A DNA stretch of 64,000 nucleotides, taken from contig OX597832.1 of NCBI GenBank assembly GCA_951406725.2, positions 11,160,001 through 11,224,000 on the forward strand. Reading direction: 5' to 3'. Within the stretch, counting starts at the first letter, position 1. Each line of letters opens with the position of its first letter. Shown piece after piece: positions 40,947-56,209 of the stretch. The stretch comes from Octopus vulgaris (Eukaryota). The translations under genes and the position numbers were made by a program. The notes beneath the pieces were generated by a model that saw only the letters and a list, made by a program, of their open reading frames with translations, ran no database searches and was not told the origin of the DNA.

Positions 40947-43657
40947 TTGTACTCATTGGTTTAACGTATACAGCAAATGTATGTAGGTGTGTACGTGGGA
41001 GAGAGAGGAAATATGTGTCATTAGATATACATCTGTTCTATCTAGGTGCTTAGGACTATGTGCAAACTGGATTTGTCACGCTATGTTATCTTTGATTAAA
41101 TTAAAACTAGGTCACTGAATATGACAGCATCATCTTTTTTCTTTGTGCATTATTATGACGATAAAATATTGGCAAGAATGGAAGTAACAAAAGAAAAACA
41201 AAGACTGTCAAAAATTCCGTAGTAGCTAAATTGAATTTAGTAAAGAAACAACAGGAAAAACCGAACAGCTTTGCACAACGTATCATTTTTAATTAACTTT
41301 GCACATTGTATAAAATGTATATAATTTTGATAAAGACAGACGCAAGTAGTTATTTGCCGACCTCTCGTCAAATATAGCATGTACAGTGTGAGAAATATTT
41401 CAATATAATATGATCAATAACTTTCGAATATATTAAGAATAATGAATATACACAGAGGTTCAGTAGAGAAAAATCAATTCCATAAATGGTCAGAGCACTC
41501 AGATGACAAGAAGTTTACTTCAATAGACTAAAATGATGAATTTTCTCAGACATCTCATTGCGCAAACTTTTGAAATGTTTACAAAATTTGACATGTGTGT
41601 TCGAGAATGGACTAGCGAAAATATACAAGTGAGGCGACGCTTTGCATTGAAATCAAATTATAACATCGAAGGTAAATACTAACTGGAGAAATATAATTTA
41701 TTTGAAATTGTTCCAGTGAGAATAGAAACCTTCGTTAGATCAACAGTCAATTCTGAAGAAATGAATGAGCGGAGATTATGCCAAATTATTAATGTCAGTT
41801 CAAATATAACAATACAATAGAGCAGAGAGCTTGAATCTGTTCAATGAAAACTCTAGACATCCTCAGAAAATGTCATGCTTTGAGAATATTGGCATTAAGT
41901 GTATATGTGTTGTTTGTGTGTGTGTGTGTGTGTGTATCGCAGAGCAAATCTGAATTAATAAATTCTCACTGCAGGTGGAATAAAAATGTTAATACACTTT
42001 TCTCTGCTACTAAATTCTAGAAAATGGAAGCCAAATATTCTACAACAAGCATTCTGCAAACGATGAACTGGGCCGTCAAGGTCTTCTTTCTCAATTTCCC
42101 GCATATCAGAACAATTTCCCTCATATCAGAACATATCAAAAATGTCCTAGCATTCTACTTTTGCTCAGTCCTTCTCCCTATAAATATATGTGCGTGTATT
42201 AGTACAGGAAGGTAGAATTTCAGAGAAAAAGTGATATAATAAATAATGTATTGTAAAACAAATACAGTGGCGTGATAACTCCAAATTGGGAACTGGAAAA
42301 AATACCAAAGGACAACATCCCTGTGAATAGAAAAGACATTTTTAGTTAAGAGCCATTAAACAATATATTGAGTAAAAATATAGAGGCATTATAAATAAAA
42401 GCAATAATCAAATTGTTTTTAGTTTTTATAAGTCTTCCATCTAGCTATACAAATTCTCCATTTAAAATGTCTGCTTCCGGAATTGCAGTTTTCCAGTGAA
42501 TAAAGTAAATCTTGTAATCCACGACGCTATTGTTCACTAGTCGCCGCAAAAATAAACTGTTGACTCTTTTTAAAATGATGCATCCCTCTTATGGCATATA
42601 AAACTTTTCTTCCGACAAGCTATAATTACATTATTTAAGTGTGCTTCACGTTAACACGAAATTATAGACATTAATGTCAAAAATTGGTCATGGCGGAAGC
42701 CAGAGAAGCGGTCTGCAATGAAGTGAGAAAGCTAGTGATAATTATAATTTTCATCCGTATGCTGCTCATGCTATTTCCAGTAACGTAAACGTCACAACAT
42801 ATCAATTTTATTCCCCTAAATATACACGATCATGTACCTAGTTTAAAAATTGAAAGAAAATAAGGATTGTATGAATTAGTCGAAATCATTCTAGCAAACG
42901 CACGTCAAAAGTTTAGCTGGCTTTCACCAATAATTATATTTTCAGCACAAAAATTCATGGCTATTTTTTATGCAAAATGTCGACAGTCAAATGAAGTGTA
43001 GCACTTACGAAATAATTGTTTCATAAATATATGAATAATATTAACATTTATGGAGAGGATACCACTAAAATTATAATGATCCTTGCCTTAATATGTACAA
43101 CAGGAGTGGTGGATTTTGTAAAATTTAATTACATTCAAAGGAAATATATAACAGTAAAGTCGTACAAGATATATCAGGAAAATATAAAAAAATACATGGC
43201 AATGAGAATTCAATACAAAAAAAACTAAGCAGCAAAAATATACTCTTTCCGTATATATTTCTGAACCCACACAAAAGTATAAGGGTATATTAAAAATATA
43301 TTTTTAATATTTCCTGAGGTGTGTATTAATTCAACTCCAAAAATATGAATAACTATAAATATACATTTCTCCTTATCCAGCAGGCGATTGAAAGATCAAA
43401 GAGTAAGGCGGGATATAGTGATAATAATAATAGTGATACTTACCCATCAACATATAATTCTATGACACATCAATATTTTATTATATTATAGTTGCCATGA
43501 AGTTTTGTCAGGAGAAAAAAAACGGTAATATTTTATTAAGTTTTGATCGGTCCATTAAAATATAAAAAATAAAAAATAAAAAAAAAAAATATATAAAACA
43601 TCAATAGCCATAAAGTTAAAAGAAAAATCATAGGCGAAGCCTGAAATAGATTCACTA

Positions 43658-43666
43658 AAATATATA

Positions 43667-43710
<44 letters not shown>

Positions 43711-43724
43711 AAAATGTGTGTATG

Positions 43725-43786
<62 letters not shown>

Positions 43787-43971
43787 AAAATGTATGTGTG
43801 TATGGATATATATATATATACATATTCATAGACATATATATATAGATATAAATGCGTATATATACATATGTATGTATATATATATATATATATATATGCA
43901 TCCATGCATCTCTGAGTTATGTGTGTCTATATATGTATGCATATATATATATATATATACCTACATATACA

Positions 43972-44005
<34 letters not shown>

Positions 44006-44015
44006 CATACACACA
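43658..44015. repeat. (TA)n-rich compound microsatellite
   Basis: Directly visible. Confidence 0.9.
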
Positions 44016-46284
44016 GACATAGAAAGAGAGAGAGAAGAGCATAGAAGACATATAACGAGAGCGAACAGCGACAGAGTGAAAGAGATGAAAAAGGAAAGAA
44101 AAAGAGAAAATGCAGAAATAAAGCAATCTTCTAGCTTAATATTTAAACATAATGGCTTTTAAATGGAAGATGGAGAGGTGGAAAAAATTGAGAAAGCAGA
44201 TATCAACATTAAATCATGTTTGAAAGTGCCTAGACATATAGAGTAGTCTTTTATGTAGCACATAAAATGGAAAGAAAGAATAAAGAAAATTCTGTTTTTC
44301 TACGTTTTGAGTAATGGGCAATAAGCGAGGACGTAATATAGCAAAAAAATTACGTAGTGCAAACATCTCACAATACGCATTTTGGTGGGAAAATGATCAA
44401 CATTTTTATTGTTACAAGAACATTCAAGTGAATTTGATTTCATGATATAACCTAACGAAATTAATATTGCTTTAAATCAATGATATTTGTCCTTAGATGT
44501 CACAATATCTAAAGCCCAAAAACTGATAGAAGAATGGAGGTTTATTGAAAGTAGTTTAGTATGGTCATTATTTATGCTTTTATATATTGTATATATTGTT
44601 TCTCTTAATACAAAACGAAACAAGTAAATCAATATAATGTTGGCAAAGTTCCCCCATATAAAACAGCGTGGTAGTAAATGAACTTCTAGGTTTAAATGTT
44701 TTCATCAATGATTCGTCCCCTTTCAAAAACTTAATAGGTATTGTGTTTTAATCAGAGTCAGTATCATCGAGTGTTATTAGAGATGGAGACATTTACAAAA
44801 CTATTTTTAAAATAACAAAAGGCAATGTTAGCTACCATAAAAGGGAACTCTGCCAATTTAAAACATAATATTGTATTCGAATGTGATAACAAAACATCGG
44901 CATCCAAAGCAGATACAATATTTCACAGGAAATATTCGTGTACAATTTATTTTTCATTGGAAACACATAAGCATGACATAGATATATAATGTTTTTCTAA
45001 AAATTGCAGCTGAACACGAGTTTTATGAATTAACTGAACTTTGTAAGTTTCTAAAAAGTAGATTAGTTGGTCGTGAAAATATTATGTTTTTCTATGCCCA
45101 AAAGTCAATCACAATTTATCGAATTTTTCGTTTCTAAATTGACTATAAAGATATTATTACTTTGTATTCTTGTCTAGACGCTTCAGCAAGCAGAGCTATT
45201 TTTAAATTTTGCCGTGATTATAGAGATAACTTAAGATTAGTTATCTTCTCCATTCAGCCACGGAAGCATTCATTCTCCATGCGATTTAATTTAGACTCCA
45301 GGAAAAAATTACTTTGTTCATTTAATCTCCTGAGACACATACAAATTCAATAATTTTAATGTTTTACAATTGAAATAATCATTGTTTATAAACTTGATCT
45401 CATGTTGCTACACGCAAAAATATTTTCTTTGCTTTATTTTGATATTTTTCCTTTTAACCTATTAGGTCTATAGATTGTTATTAAACTTAATGACAAATAG
45501 AAATCAATAGGCTATATCGATTTATTACGGAGAAGTCAGATTCTACGTATGATTCTATGGTATGGTATATTTGCACGTGAATGTTTTTTTCTGGTGTGGG
45601 TTAGTGAATGTATAAGAGGTGTAAGTCTAATTTGAAATTGTTGCAATTGCGAATCGAATTTGTGCTATGCCCAGAGATCATATCAACATTTCTTTAAATG
45701 TATAATTCGCCAAATTTATTAAATAGTTTTAGAGTCGTAGAAAAATCATCCACTTAACTTGCTATAAAAGCATAATTCTTTGATGATTTACATATTCATA
45801 TTAATGAAGTAGACATACTATTAATGGAATTTATTATAAATCGTTCATGAATTTACTTTTGCATTTAAGTAATATAAACATTAACGACTAAGATTTATTT
45901 AGTTATAAATATTTGAATGTTATAAATATATGAATGATATAGGCATGGCAGTAAGTTCGATTTACAACTAAATGTTTTCGGTTTTATCCTCGCAAATGAT
46001 TTCGAATCTGGAAGAGGGAAACTGTGAATGCTTACTGTGTGTGTGTGCGTGTTAATTCGCATCTGTGAATCTTTGTTTGCTCTCAACTGTTAGAGAGTGC
46101 CCATCCACCCTTCCATTACCTTCACCTTCCTAAATTGGTAGTATAATCTGGTGCATTATATACTACCTGCAAAATATAAAATGCTGCATATAAAGAAAAG
46201 TAAGAATTTAGGGTGCAAACTAGAATATAGAAACTAACGTAAGTACAACAAAATTTTGCGCCAAAGCGTCAAAATCCCCAAGCT

Positions 46285-46699
46285 CTCTCTTTCTTTTTTT
46301 ACTTGTTTCAGTCATTTGACTGCGGCCATGCTGGAGCACCGCCTTTAGTCGAGCAAATCGACCCCGGGACTTATTCTTTGTAAGCCCAGTACTTATTCTA
46401 TCGGTCTCTTTTGCCGAACCGCAAAATATACCAGGGGATATATATATATACCAGCCAGCATCGGTTGTCAAGCAATTCTAGGGGGACAAACACAGACACA
46501 CAAACACATACACACACATACATATATATATATACATATATACGACAGGCTTCTTTCAGTTTCCGTCTACCAAATCCACTCACAAGGCATTGGTCGGCCC
46601 GGGGCTATAGCAGAAGACACTTGCCCAAGATGCCACGCAGTGGGACTGAACCCGGAACCATGTGGTTGGTTAGCAAGCTACTTACCACACAGCCACTCC
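46285..46699 (-). mobile_element. SINE family A, full-length, low divergence
   Basis: Near-identical reverse complement of 7692-8104; the shared spurious peptide HLPKMPRSGTEPGTMWLV appears in both ORF translations. Confidence 0.92.
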
Positions 46700-47382
46700 A
46701 GGTATGGCCTGAAATATTTTAAAGCTTCTGCTTTTCCATCACTACATTATTAGATGGAATTTACTATGAGTTAGTCTTCTCGATGGTTTACAAGTCATTA
46801 TCAGCTAATCCAAAATATTATTAAATAGAGGTTGACCGTGTGGTAAGGGGCACTTTTTTGTCACATTTCACCTACTTTTGGCTTCATCTACTGCTACTAG
46901 TGCCCATCTCCACTATCATTGTTCAAATTACTTTACCTGTATCCTCAAAATCTCATTTCTTACATCAAATTAATCTCCTTTTTTGTGTTACTGTTCTCTC
47001 TTCTGTAAACCTACTAAGTAACATTGTCCCTGCAATGTTACAAACGTGATTCGATGAGTGAGTGGGTTCATGTTTAGTAGGTATATGAGATATTATCTTG
47101 ACGAGAATGTGACCACATATCTATTGCCAGTGCTACGAGAATGTATCCAGCCGAAAATGTCACTTCATCAACTACGTAACATTTAACCAAGTATGAAAGC
47201 AACACCGTCGACTAACACACTATCTCTACTCCTGCGAGACAACAAATAAAAATCGTGCTGTTTGGCTTGTGGATTATGCATAAGTAGGGATATGATTGTC
47301 TCACAGAATTTATGTGGTAGACAACCCTCTTCGACATCGGGGGAAGGTCCACAAACTACGTATGTTTTCATAAATTCAAATG

Positions 47383-47419
<37 letters not shown>

Positions 47420-47927
47420 TATTTATCCTTTTATCCATATAGAGATCATAAAAAGGCAAGACAATATGTAGCATAGATATTTTGTTTTTGCTTCGATGCG
47501 TTATTTCTATTCTTCTCATTTCGATGTATTGTGGTACTTTTCTTCTTGTTTGATACACATCTGCTTCCTTTAAATTGTCTTCCACAAGACAGAGTAATGA
47601 TCGTTTCTGTTTATTTCCATTTTAAAAGCCTTTTATATGCGTATATTAACAAACACTGAAATCCTATTTAAATCATACACATAAAGCTAACTGCTAAGAA
47701 TGTATTGCTCAACGATACTTTGGTGTCGCTTGAACTGATAATTATAGAAACCAAATAATTATAGAAACCAAATAAAATCTTTTGTCCTTAACAAGAGGAA
47801 GAACAACTGGATAACATAGACGCAAGTATACAAAAGGAAGGGCCGGTCAGAAACAGAAGTCATTTTATCCTCAATTAAGGTGTATATAGGGCTATAAAAC
47901 AACAATAGCAGTAACAACAACTTACAA

Positions 47928-47977
<50 letters not shown>

Positions 47978-47982
47978 TATAT

Positions 47983-48090
47983 GAGAGACTTCTTGCAGTT
48001 TCCTTCAGCCAAATCCACTCACAAGGCTTTGGTAGGCCCGAGGCTATAGTACAAGACACTTGCTGAGAAGCATGCTTCTTACCACACATC
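47983..48090 (-). mobile_element. SINE family A head fragment with deletion
   Basis: ccaaatccactcacaaggctttggt.ggcccgaggctatagt..cttcttaccacac. Confidence 0.75.
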
Positions 48091-49006
48091 CACGCCGAAA
48101 GTGAGGTATTATTTTTACTCAATTTGAGAGAAAATTTTATGATTGTATAAACAAACAAGTCTGTCAAAGTTGGGCCCTATATGCAATTGCTCGGCCTGTT
48201 GGAAATACTATCAACACTTCAGATATTCTGCACACTATGGTAAAAGCAAAAGATATATCTGTGAATACATAAAAGTGAATCGTAGAACAAGCGCCCCCCA
48301 GCAACTTATAATCATCATTATTACCATCAACAACAGCAGCAGAAGCATAACAAATACATCAGCATTAGCTCATCACACACAAGGCAATAAGAATTCAAAA
48401 TGATGTAATAAATATTATAAGAGCATATGCGCGCGCATTTGTAAGTGTTTGTGTGCGTGCATAACGTACAAAGGGTAGCAAGTCAAGTAATTTTATTACC
48501 TTTAATGGTATGCAAATTCTATATTTAATTAGCACATTGTTGAATATAGCAATATGAACACATTCATTTAAGAGTGCCTTCTATGGATGATAATGATTAT
48601 GTATGATAATGTATTAGAAAACAAATGCATGCTCTCCCTGTTGTGTAACCACGGCCAAGTAGCAATTATGTAATATACATACGCATAAACACACACACGT
48701 ATATATACGTATACTTTCATACACTTTCTGCTTATGCATTTTACTCATGTGTATACACATACATGCACTCTCACACACAAACACACATACACATAAATAT
48801 ATAAACTAAGTACACAACCGAAAGCTCTACTAACAATTTCATGCTATTATAATTCTTGAACAGGCATATTTTATAAAATACGTTATGTATCTTAACGTAA
48901 TCTGTCAGACTCTGTGTTATTAATAATATTTAAAAACATGGACGCTGGATTGTAAGAAAATAAGAAAATACATGGAAAAAACGTGCAGAACGTTGGTGTG
49001 AATAAT

Positions 49007-49317
49007 TTTTTTATGAGCCATTTTCAAGCCTAGCCAGGCTCATGGGCTCGGTTTCCCGGTTTCTGTGGCGTATGTGTTCCCCCTAGCTGGACGGGACGCC
49101 AGTCCATCGCGGCGTTAACCAAGAAACAGGAAGAAAGTGTGAGAGAAAGTTGGGGCGAAAGGGTACAACATAGGTCGCCACCCCATCCCTGCCGGAGCCT
49201 CGTGGAGCTTTAGGTCTTTTCGCTCAATAAACACGCACAACGCCCGGTCTGGAAATCGAAACTGCGATCCTCCGACCGCGAGTCCACTGATCTAACCACC
49301 AGGCTACTGCGCCTCAC
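49007..49317 (-). mobile_element. tRNA-derived SINE (family C, tail type 2, V-domain-like) with 12-bp TSD
   Basis: Minus strand gaggcgcagtagcctggtggttag (A-box), gtttcgatttcc (B-box), gatggactggcgtcccgtccag motif, A-rich tail; TSD ggtgtgaataat at 48995-49006 and 49318-49329. Confidence 0.88.
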
Positions 49318-49469
49318 GGTGTGAATAATAGCACAAGAAAAAACAAAGATCACGTCGTACGACCCTCTCCCTCCCTGATTACAGGTAACTCATTAAATAC
49401 AAGTGGAGTACAACAAAATAACAAAAAAATATCAGTCTGCGAAACAGCTACTCAATCTGTGGCGGGTGC

Positions 49470-50130
49470 TGTCCTCCAATTAGTTAAAAGAAACCTATCC
49501 ACGTGTCTACACCTGCTAAAATTTCAGATCTCAAATTAAGCAGTGTGTTGGAATTGCTGCATCGAAGATGAATATGAGATTCTCTGCTACGCATAAGTAA
49601 CATTTCTTAGATCCATTAACGTATAGCTTGGATTCCTCCACTATTTTCCACTTAATCGTTTTCGGTGTAGAGCCGCTCTTCAGATTTCTTAAGTGGCTCG
49701 CCAACTTTGTGGCATTACTTTTATCAGTGTGCCGCAAAGGAGATGGGGAATTTTCATGATGTCTCCTGAATTCACCTTCACATAACCCCATGTAATTCTT
49801 TTCAGTTGATTTGTTTTGGAGTATAGCTGTAACTACAGAGCTCATATGTAACGGAGTTTATCATACACGCTTGATCAAGTAGGCAAGTTTCAGAGTCTCG
49901 ACATTTGCAACTGGAAGTGCTCTATTGCTGAATTTTGCGAGTTATAATGTTCTTTATATTGGAACAGCAGCTCAATGATCTTTTTATTAGGCGCCTGTTA
50001 AAAATTCTTCTGCGTTTATGATTTATTGAAATATGTTTCACTGAAAGTGACAAGAAGGGAGAAAGGAGGGGTGAACCAAATTATTTCCCTAGGTATATTT
50101 TTGGTCTATTTTTACGGTTCATATTTTCAC
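49470..50130 (-). mobile_element. Penelope-like retroelement fragment: RT thumb/linker plus GIY-YIG endonuclease (frameshifted)
   Basis: REIIWFTPPFS, HKRRRIFNRR..SCCSNIKNII, CKCRDSETC (CxCx5C), NYMGLCEGEFRR..NATKLASHL..IKWKIV..KKCYLCVAE..LLNLRSEI..RCRHVDRFLL. Confidence 0.85.
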
Positions 50131-51200
50131 CTAAAGAGTTTTCATTTGTTCTATCTTAGAGCTACGGTTCTATTATAGCAGGGAGCTGCGGAAACCAATA
50201 TTTGTTTAGAAGAAGATAGATTTGATATCCTATTACTAATGTTAGACATCAGATTTTAAAAAGCTATTGGGAGCTGACAGTAATGTTTATGTATGTATGA
50301 GAGCTTCTCATTTGGGGTTCCGTTTGCTTCCTTACGCACACACAGTCATCATATATACATACTATTCACAGACACACACACACACACACACATATTATTG
50401 CTTATATATATATATATATAAAGAAATTAAAAAAGGAAAATACGCACACTTACAGGGTTTTAATATAATTTTTAATATAGCGACCGGTTTCGCTATCGCT
50501 ATTTATGATATAATGTTTAATTTATATGAATATATATATAAGTTTAAAATGAGGGTGAGAAATTTGATATTAATTTAATTAGCAACAGTTTCACACCAGT
50601 GGTCTAGCATATAAAATCTGAAGGTTCAGGAAAATTGTATTATATATATATATATGAGAGGGATGACCACTATGTGGACAAATATTATGCTAGAAGTAGA
50701 CCCGCTATGTTCTTACTACTAAGAACTTTTCTCAAGAAAAATTTGGCAAGCACCAGAACGTATCGAGCAAGACAAATGAAAAGCAACAAAAATATGGATT
50801 ATTCACATACATACTTCACTATTAACATATTACGTAATTTTACTTACGCAATTGTCCGTACATCCCTCTCATATGTTTATATATATATATATATATAAAT
50901 ATATATATAAGCAATAATACAGATACAGGTAGGTTCAGATTCACTAGAGCTGTTTCAGACATGTTCTTATGAGCAACAGCGTTGCATCATGCACAGAGGA
51001 AAAGACGTTTACACCTAGAATTTCTCAGAAGATAGAACGTAGTGCAAATGACCCTACCGAGCAGGTTACTGCTGGGAGAGTCAGTATATGTCAGTAGACA
51101 TTGTTAGTGCATCAGCACACACCCCACCCACCCCCGGACTCTACTTTGTTGCTTTTACTACGTAAATACCTGATTCTATAAATTTTATGGTCCCCACCTC

Positions 51201-51830
<630 letters not shown>

Positions 51831-53264
51831 ACATACATGCATGCACAAAATATATTCATATACACGTGCGCACACATACACACACACTCTCACACACATG
51901 AACATACACACACGCACACAAATCCAGTCTGACAAACTCAGAAGGAGAAAGAAAATCTTAGTCTGTCTGCCATATCCCAAATTTAATCCTTCATGAATTT
52001 TGACAGTTTTTTTTTCCGTGACCTACAGTGCTTCCTCACAGAAGCAAAAGAAATGGCAGAATATACAACAAAGCGAATTTCGCATTATCTCAGACTATAA
52101 TTTACCTACAGAAGAAGAATTCAATGCTCAAAATGACAGTCTTTATGAATATACGAGGATGACAGTTTCTTGCGATAGCACGCATTGTCTTTCACTCATG
52201 GTTTCCTAGCGCAGCATGTTTAGTCAGCATGAAACACTGACAACCCATCATACACACGCAGACGTTCTCCCGCTGTTTCGTCCTCTGTTTCTCCTTCTCT
52301 CTCTCTCTCTCTCTCTCACTTTCTCACTCTCAATCTCTCTCTCTCTCTATTTGTCATTCTAGCATGCTGCAAATATACAGAAACGGATAGACAGAGAGAC
52401 AGAGACACACAAGCAAACACACGCACAATGATACAAGCACACACACAAACACATGCACACACAGATATATATATTCATATATATGTATATATATACATTT
52501 ACTTATGCGTGTATGATTGCATATATATGGGCATGTGTGTGTATGTGTGTATATGTATATACTCAGGTCTGCTTATATATTCATATATATACAAACATAC
52601 TTTTATATGTATGTATATATATAAATATATGTATGTGTGCATGTATGTATTACGTGCTTGTGTACGTACGTGTATGCTTATATACATATGCATATAAGAA
52701 CATGTGTGTGTGTGTGTGTGTGTTTGTGAAGGACCTCCAAAACCATTCTAAGAACGCAATCGAACAGACGTAGAAGTTATATTCAAAACAACATCGCCTT
52801 CGATCTTCTCAATTGCTCTAACTTTCTTATTATTGCATGATCGTTTGTAATCTACTGAGAAAAAGTTGTTTTTGAGCAATTATGTTGAAGTATTATAAAA
52901 TAACATGGCCAGTCTATGAACAGATATTCAAATGTGAAATTGTGGCTTTTATTGCTTTAGTATTTTTCGTCTGTAGCTCTAACCTGCTTCTTTTGTCTGG
53001 TAAGAAATCGAATAGACGTATTTCATAAGACGGCAATGAATAGTCGAAACTGGTTTTGATTTTCTTGGATTTGAAGTAACAAGCGATGGAGAACAATGTG
53101 AGAGTAGAGCAAATGAGAGAGTGACTGAGTGAATGAGTTGGTGAGGAGGAGGAGGAAGGAAGAGAGATTGCTGTGGTTCAACCAAACACTCTATACTCAA
53201 TGATAAGCTGAGAGCTTGTGTATGAGTCATATACAAACGAATCTACTTGCAATTTATCTGCGCG

Positions 53265-53645
53265 CACACTTGGTTGTGGGTTCAGTACCATTGCGTTGCA
53301 CCTTGATCAGGTGTCTTCTACTAGAGCCTCGTGCCGACCAAAGCCTTGAGAGTGGATTTTCAGACGGAAACTGTAAGAAGTCCATTGTATATGTGTGTGT
53401 GTGTACGTGTATGTGTGCTTGTGTATATGTGTGTGTCTTTGTGTCCGTGTTGTCTCCCACCACCGCCAGATAATTAGTGTGTTTATGCTTCCAAAACTTA
53501 GCGGTTCGGCATATTTCAATTCAATAAGTATCATGCTTAAAAAATAAGGAACTAATGCTGGGATTGATTCATTCGACTAAATAAACTTCTTCAAGACGGT
53601 TCCCGAGCATGGCCGTAATCTACTGTCTAACCCATGTAAAAGATA
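53265..53645 (+). mobile_element. SINE family A, diverged copy lacking the A-box
   Basis: gggttcagtaccattgcg..gccgaccaaagccttgagagtggattt..ggaaactg; tail cagcatggccg-like. Confidence 0.8.
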
Positions 53646-56147
53646 ATATCAAAATATAAAAAGACATGTGTGTTTATGTGTGGAGTGGATGGACGTGCGC
53701 CCAGGTAACATACTGATATGAGAAGGAAAAAAATCGACACCTGTTACTCTTGCATTTCTTCATATGAACTGCTTCAGTACAGAGAGGACATAAATATATG
53801 CATACACACGTTTGCACGCGTACACACACTTAAAGCAAAATACGATCGCCAACGTCGTTTTGTCGATGTCAGCAAAGTGAAACCGTCTAAACTCGTCGGA
53901 TATAAATTACCCTTGGCGATCTAAATTAATGAGCAACTTTCTATTTGACAGTATTGCCTAGACTTTCTCAGTGACCTCACTACTTCATTGGATACATTAA
54001 ATGATTATATTGCCCATCTGCTCAGATATTGGCAATGATGCAAGGACAGCCAAAATATGATATTTTTTCCTCTTCAGATAGTAAGCACTAGAAACATATA
54101 AGAATAACAATGCTTATTCATTACTAAAAACCAGACTCATAGATAAATTTCATATGACATCTTAAAGTGATAAATTATTGAATTCGAATTTTTTTAGCGA
54201 TGGTCGAGACAGCATTGCTATGATTAATATCCAGAAACTCTAGATTTTAATATTTTATTCATTCTGGGGTGCTTTCATTAATTTCCCATGCGATTGCGAG
54301 AAGATTACACCGTTACAGGAATTATAACTTGGAAATAAATTGAAATGTTAAAAATCAAAGATATTTCTACATTTCTGGAGGGTTTTCTTCTTGAACAAAA
54401 AATTATAATATTTTTCTGCTAATGTTTCTCAAGCATGTATAGTATGCAAAAAATATTTATACCATGCAATGTGACTCATGTATAATAATTTGCCTTCAAT
54501 CCGATAATTAATTTGGTCTCCATGAACAAGAATATGATTTCATTTCCTTTTAAACTAAGGACGTAATTTTACGAAATGTAAAGTAGGAAATATTCTCTTA
54601 CAGATCAATCACTGATTTTGAATATCAATTATACATATTCATTTCAAAGTCTGTGAAGTCAGTCTGACGTAAACTTCAAAGTAAGTTACCATTAAATGTT
54701 TTGATATTACCGTCGACGATTAACTGGGCAAAAGATTGGCGTGTTACTCACTGACACAGTTCTGCTGCACTGGAATTCCATATGCTTGTTATTGTCATAG
54801 TGACCAACTTCCAGGAATGTAATAAAATCCAAATTTTTTCAAATCATGAATATATCTCTGTATTTTAAGCGGAATATCTAGACTTCCGATATCTGCTGCG
54901 CGTCAACTGTTAATATGTTGCCTGACTGTAGCTTGAGAAAAATTCGGCGTGTATTTCTAGAACTAGAAAGAACAGGTACAGGGTCTACTTTATATTTATT
55001 CTACAGGGCGAAGTATTAAAATGAAGAATCTATCGGTAATAGCAGGATTTGGGGATTTAAATGATTAACACAAATTCTTAAATGACTTCATTGTACGATA
55101 CACATACTGTCTGCAGAAATAGTAATAAGAAGTGTTGACTTTTATGGGTTTTAATTAAATACACATGCATAATAATGTGTATAAGATTACCCGCGCGAGT
55201 ACACATAAAGACACACATATTTCACTTATAAAGTACAATCGCGAGGAATCAATATTTTCTCCTGCCGAGTTTCAAGGAATTGACTCAGACACTTTCATCT
55301 GAATAAGAGCAGCTGTTCTCATATGTGCTAGAAGCCAGTAAAACTGATTTTAAAAGAGACACAGAAGATCACAACTATTCGTGAAAAGAAACACATATGG
55401 CTAAAGTGCTGAGATACGAGAGGCAACAATAATCAGGTCAAAACCAACACTGAAAGCTATATCCAGATACTCATACAACCGAATTTCAACGAAGCTATTT
55501 AGTTTGCCTCGGAGCGTTGATTTACATGGAATTCGTTTAAAAGAAAGTAACTCCAATAGGAATTTCTTAACTTTGTTAAAACTAAACTACCTACAACACT
55601 AAAACAAGGCGTACTATGCTAATAGCATTAAACTCGCTAACTTTCCATAGAATAACATATATTTCCAGGCTATACATGTGAACATAGAGCCACAGAAGAT
55701 CTAATACGAGATTCAAGCTGCAGCTATCAAAATAAATCAATTATTTTTCACGCAGTTTTTTCCGAATTTCCAAAGTAGTCGTATGTAAGAAGCAGAAGAT
55801 AATGATACTGGGTTTAATACGAACTTCACCAAGGGTCTCTATCAGCTCCCTGCTGCATCTTTACACTTCTAGGTCGTGTAACATAAATATTTCCATTTAC
55901 TCGTCCAGATTATTTTCTCTCCAGCTTGACTTTCAGTATTCACACAAAAAATGTATACAGCTGAATTCACATAAACCCTGCAGCAACTAATGTCTGTGTG
56001 TGTTTGTGTATATAACATAGTATATATATATATATATATATATATAACCCATTCTTGTTTTCTTTGTATAGTCTATCTGGATGTTTCATTGTCCCCTTTT
56101 TGTATCACCTAACTGTCCGGATATTTTGCGTTCTTGTCCCATTTCTT

Positions 56148-56205
<58 letters not shown>

Positions 56206-56209
<4 letters not shown>

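Noticed and set aside
41160-41850. Purine-rich stretch resembling decayed coding sequence (also 55240-55720)
   Set aside because: Frequent stop codons and no motif I could assign with confidence.
46126-46167. Candidate 41-nt minus-strand exon (VVYNAPDYTTNLG) overlapping a 9-bp inverted repeat
   Set aside because: The acceptor is good but the donor is weak, the peptide is unrecognised, and the hairpin is too short for a pre-miRNA.
52000-52209. 69-aa non-repetitive ORF
   Set aside because: It has a non-ATG start, no recognisable domain and no convincing splice-site pair.
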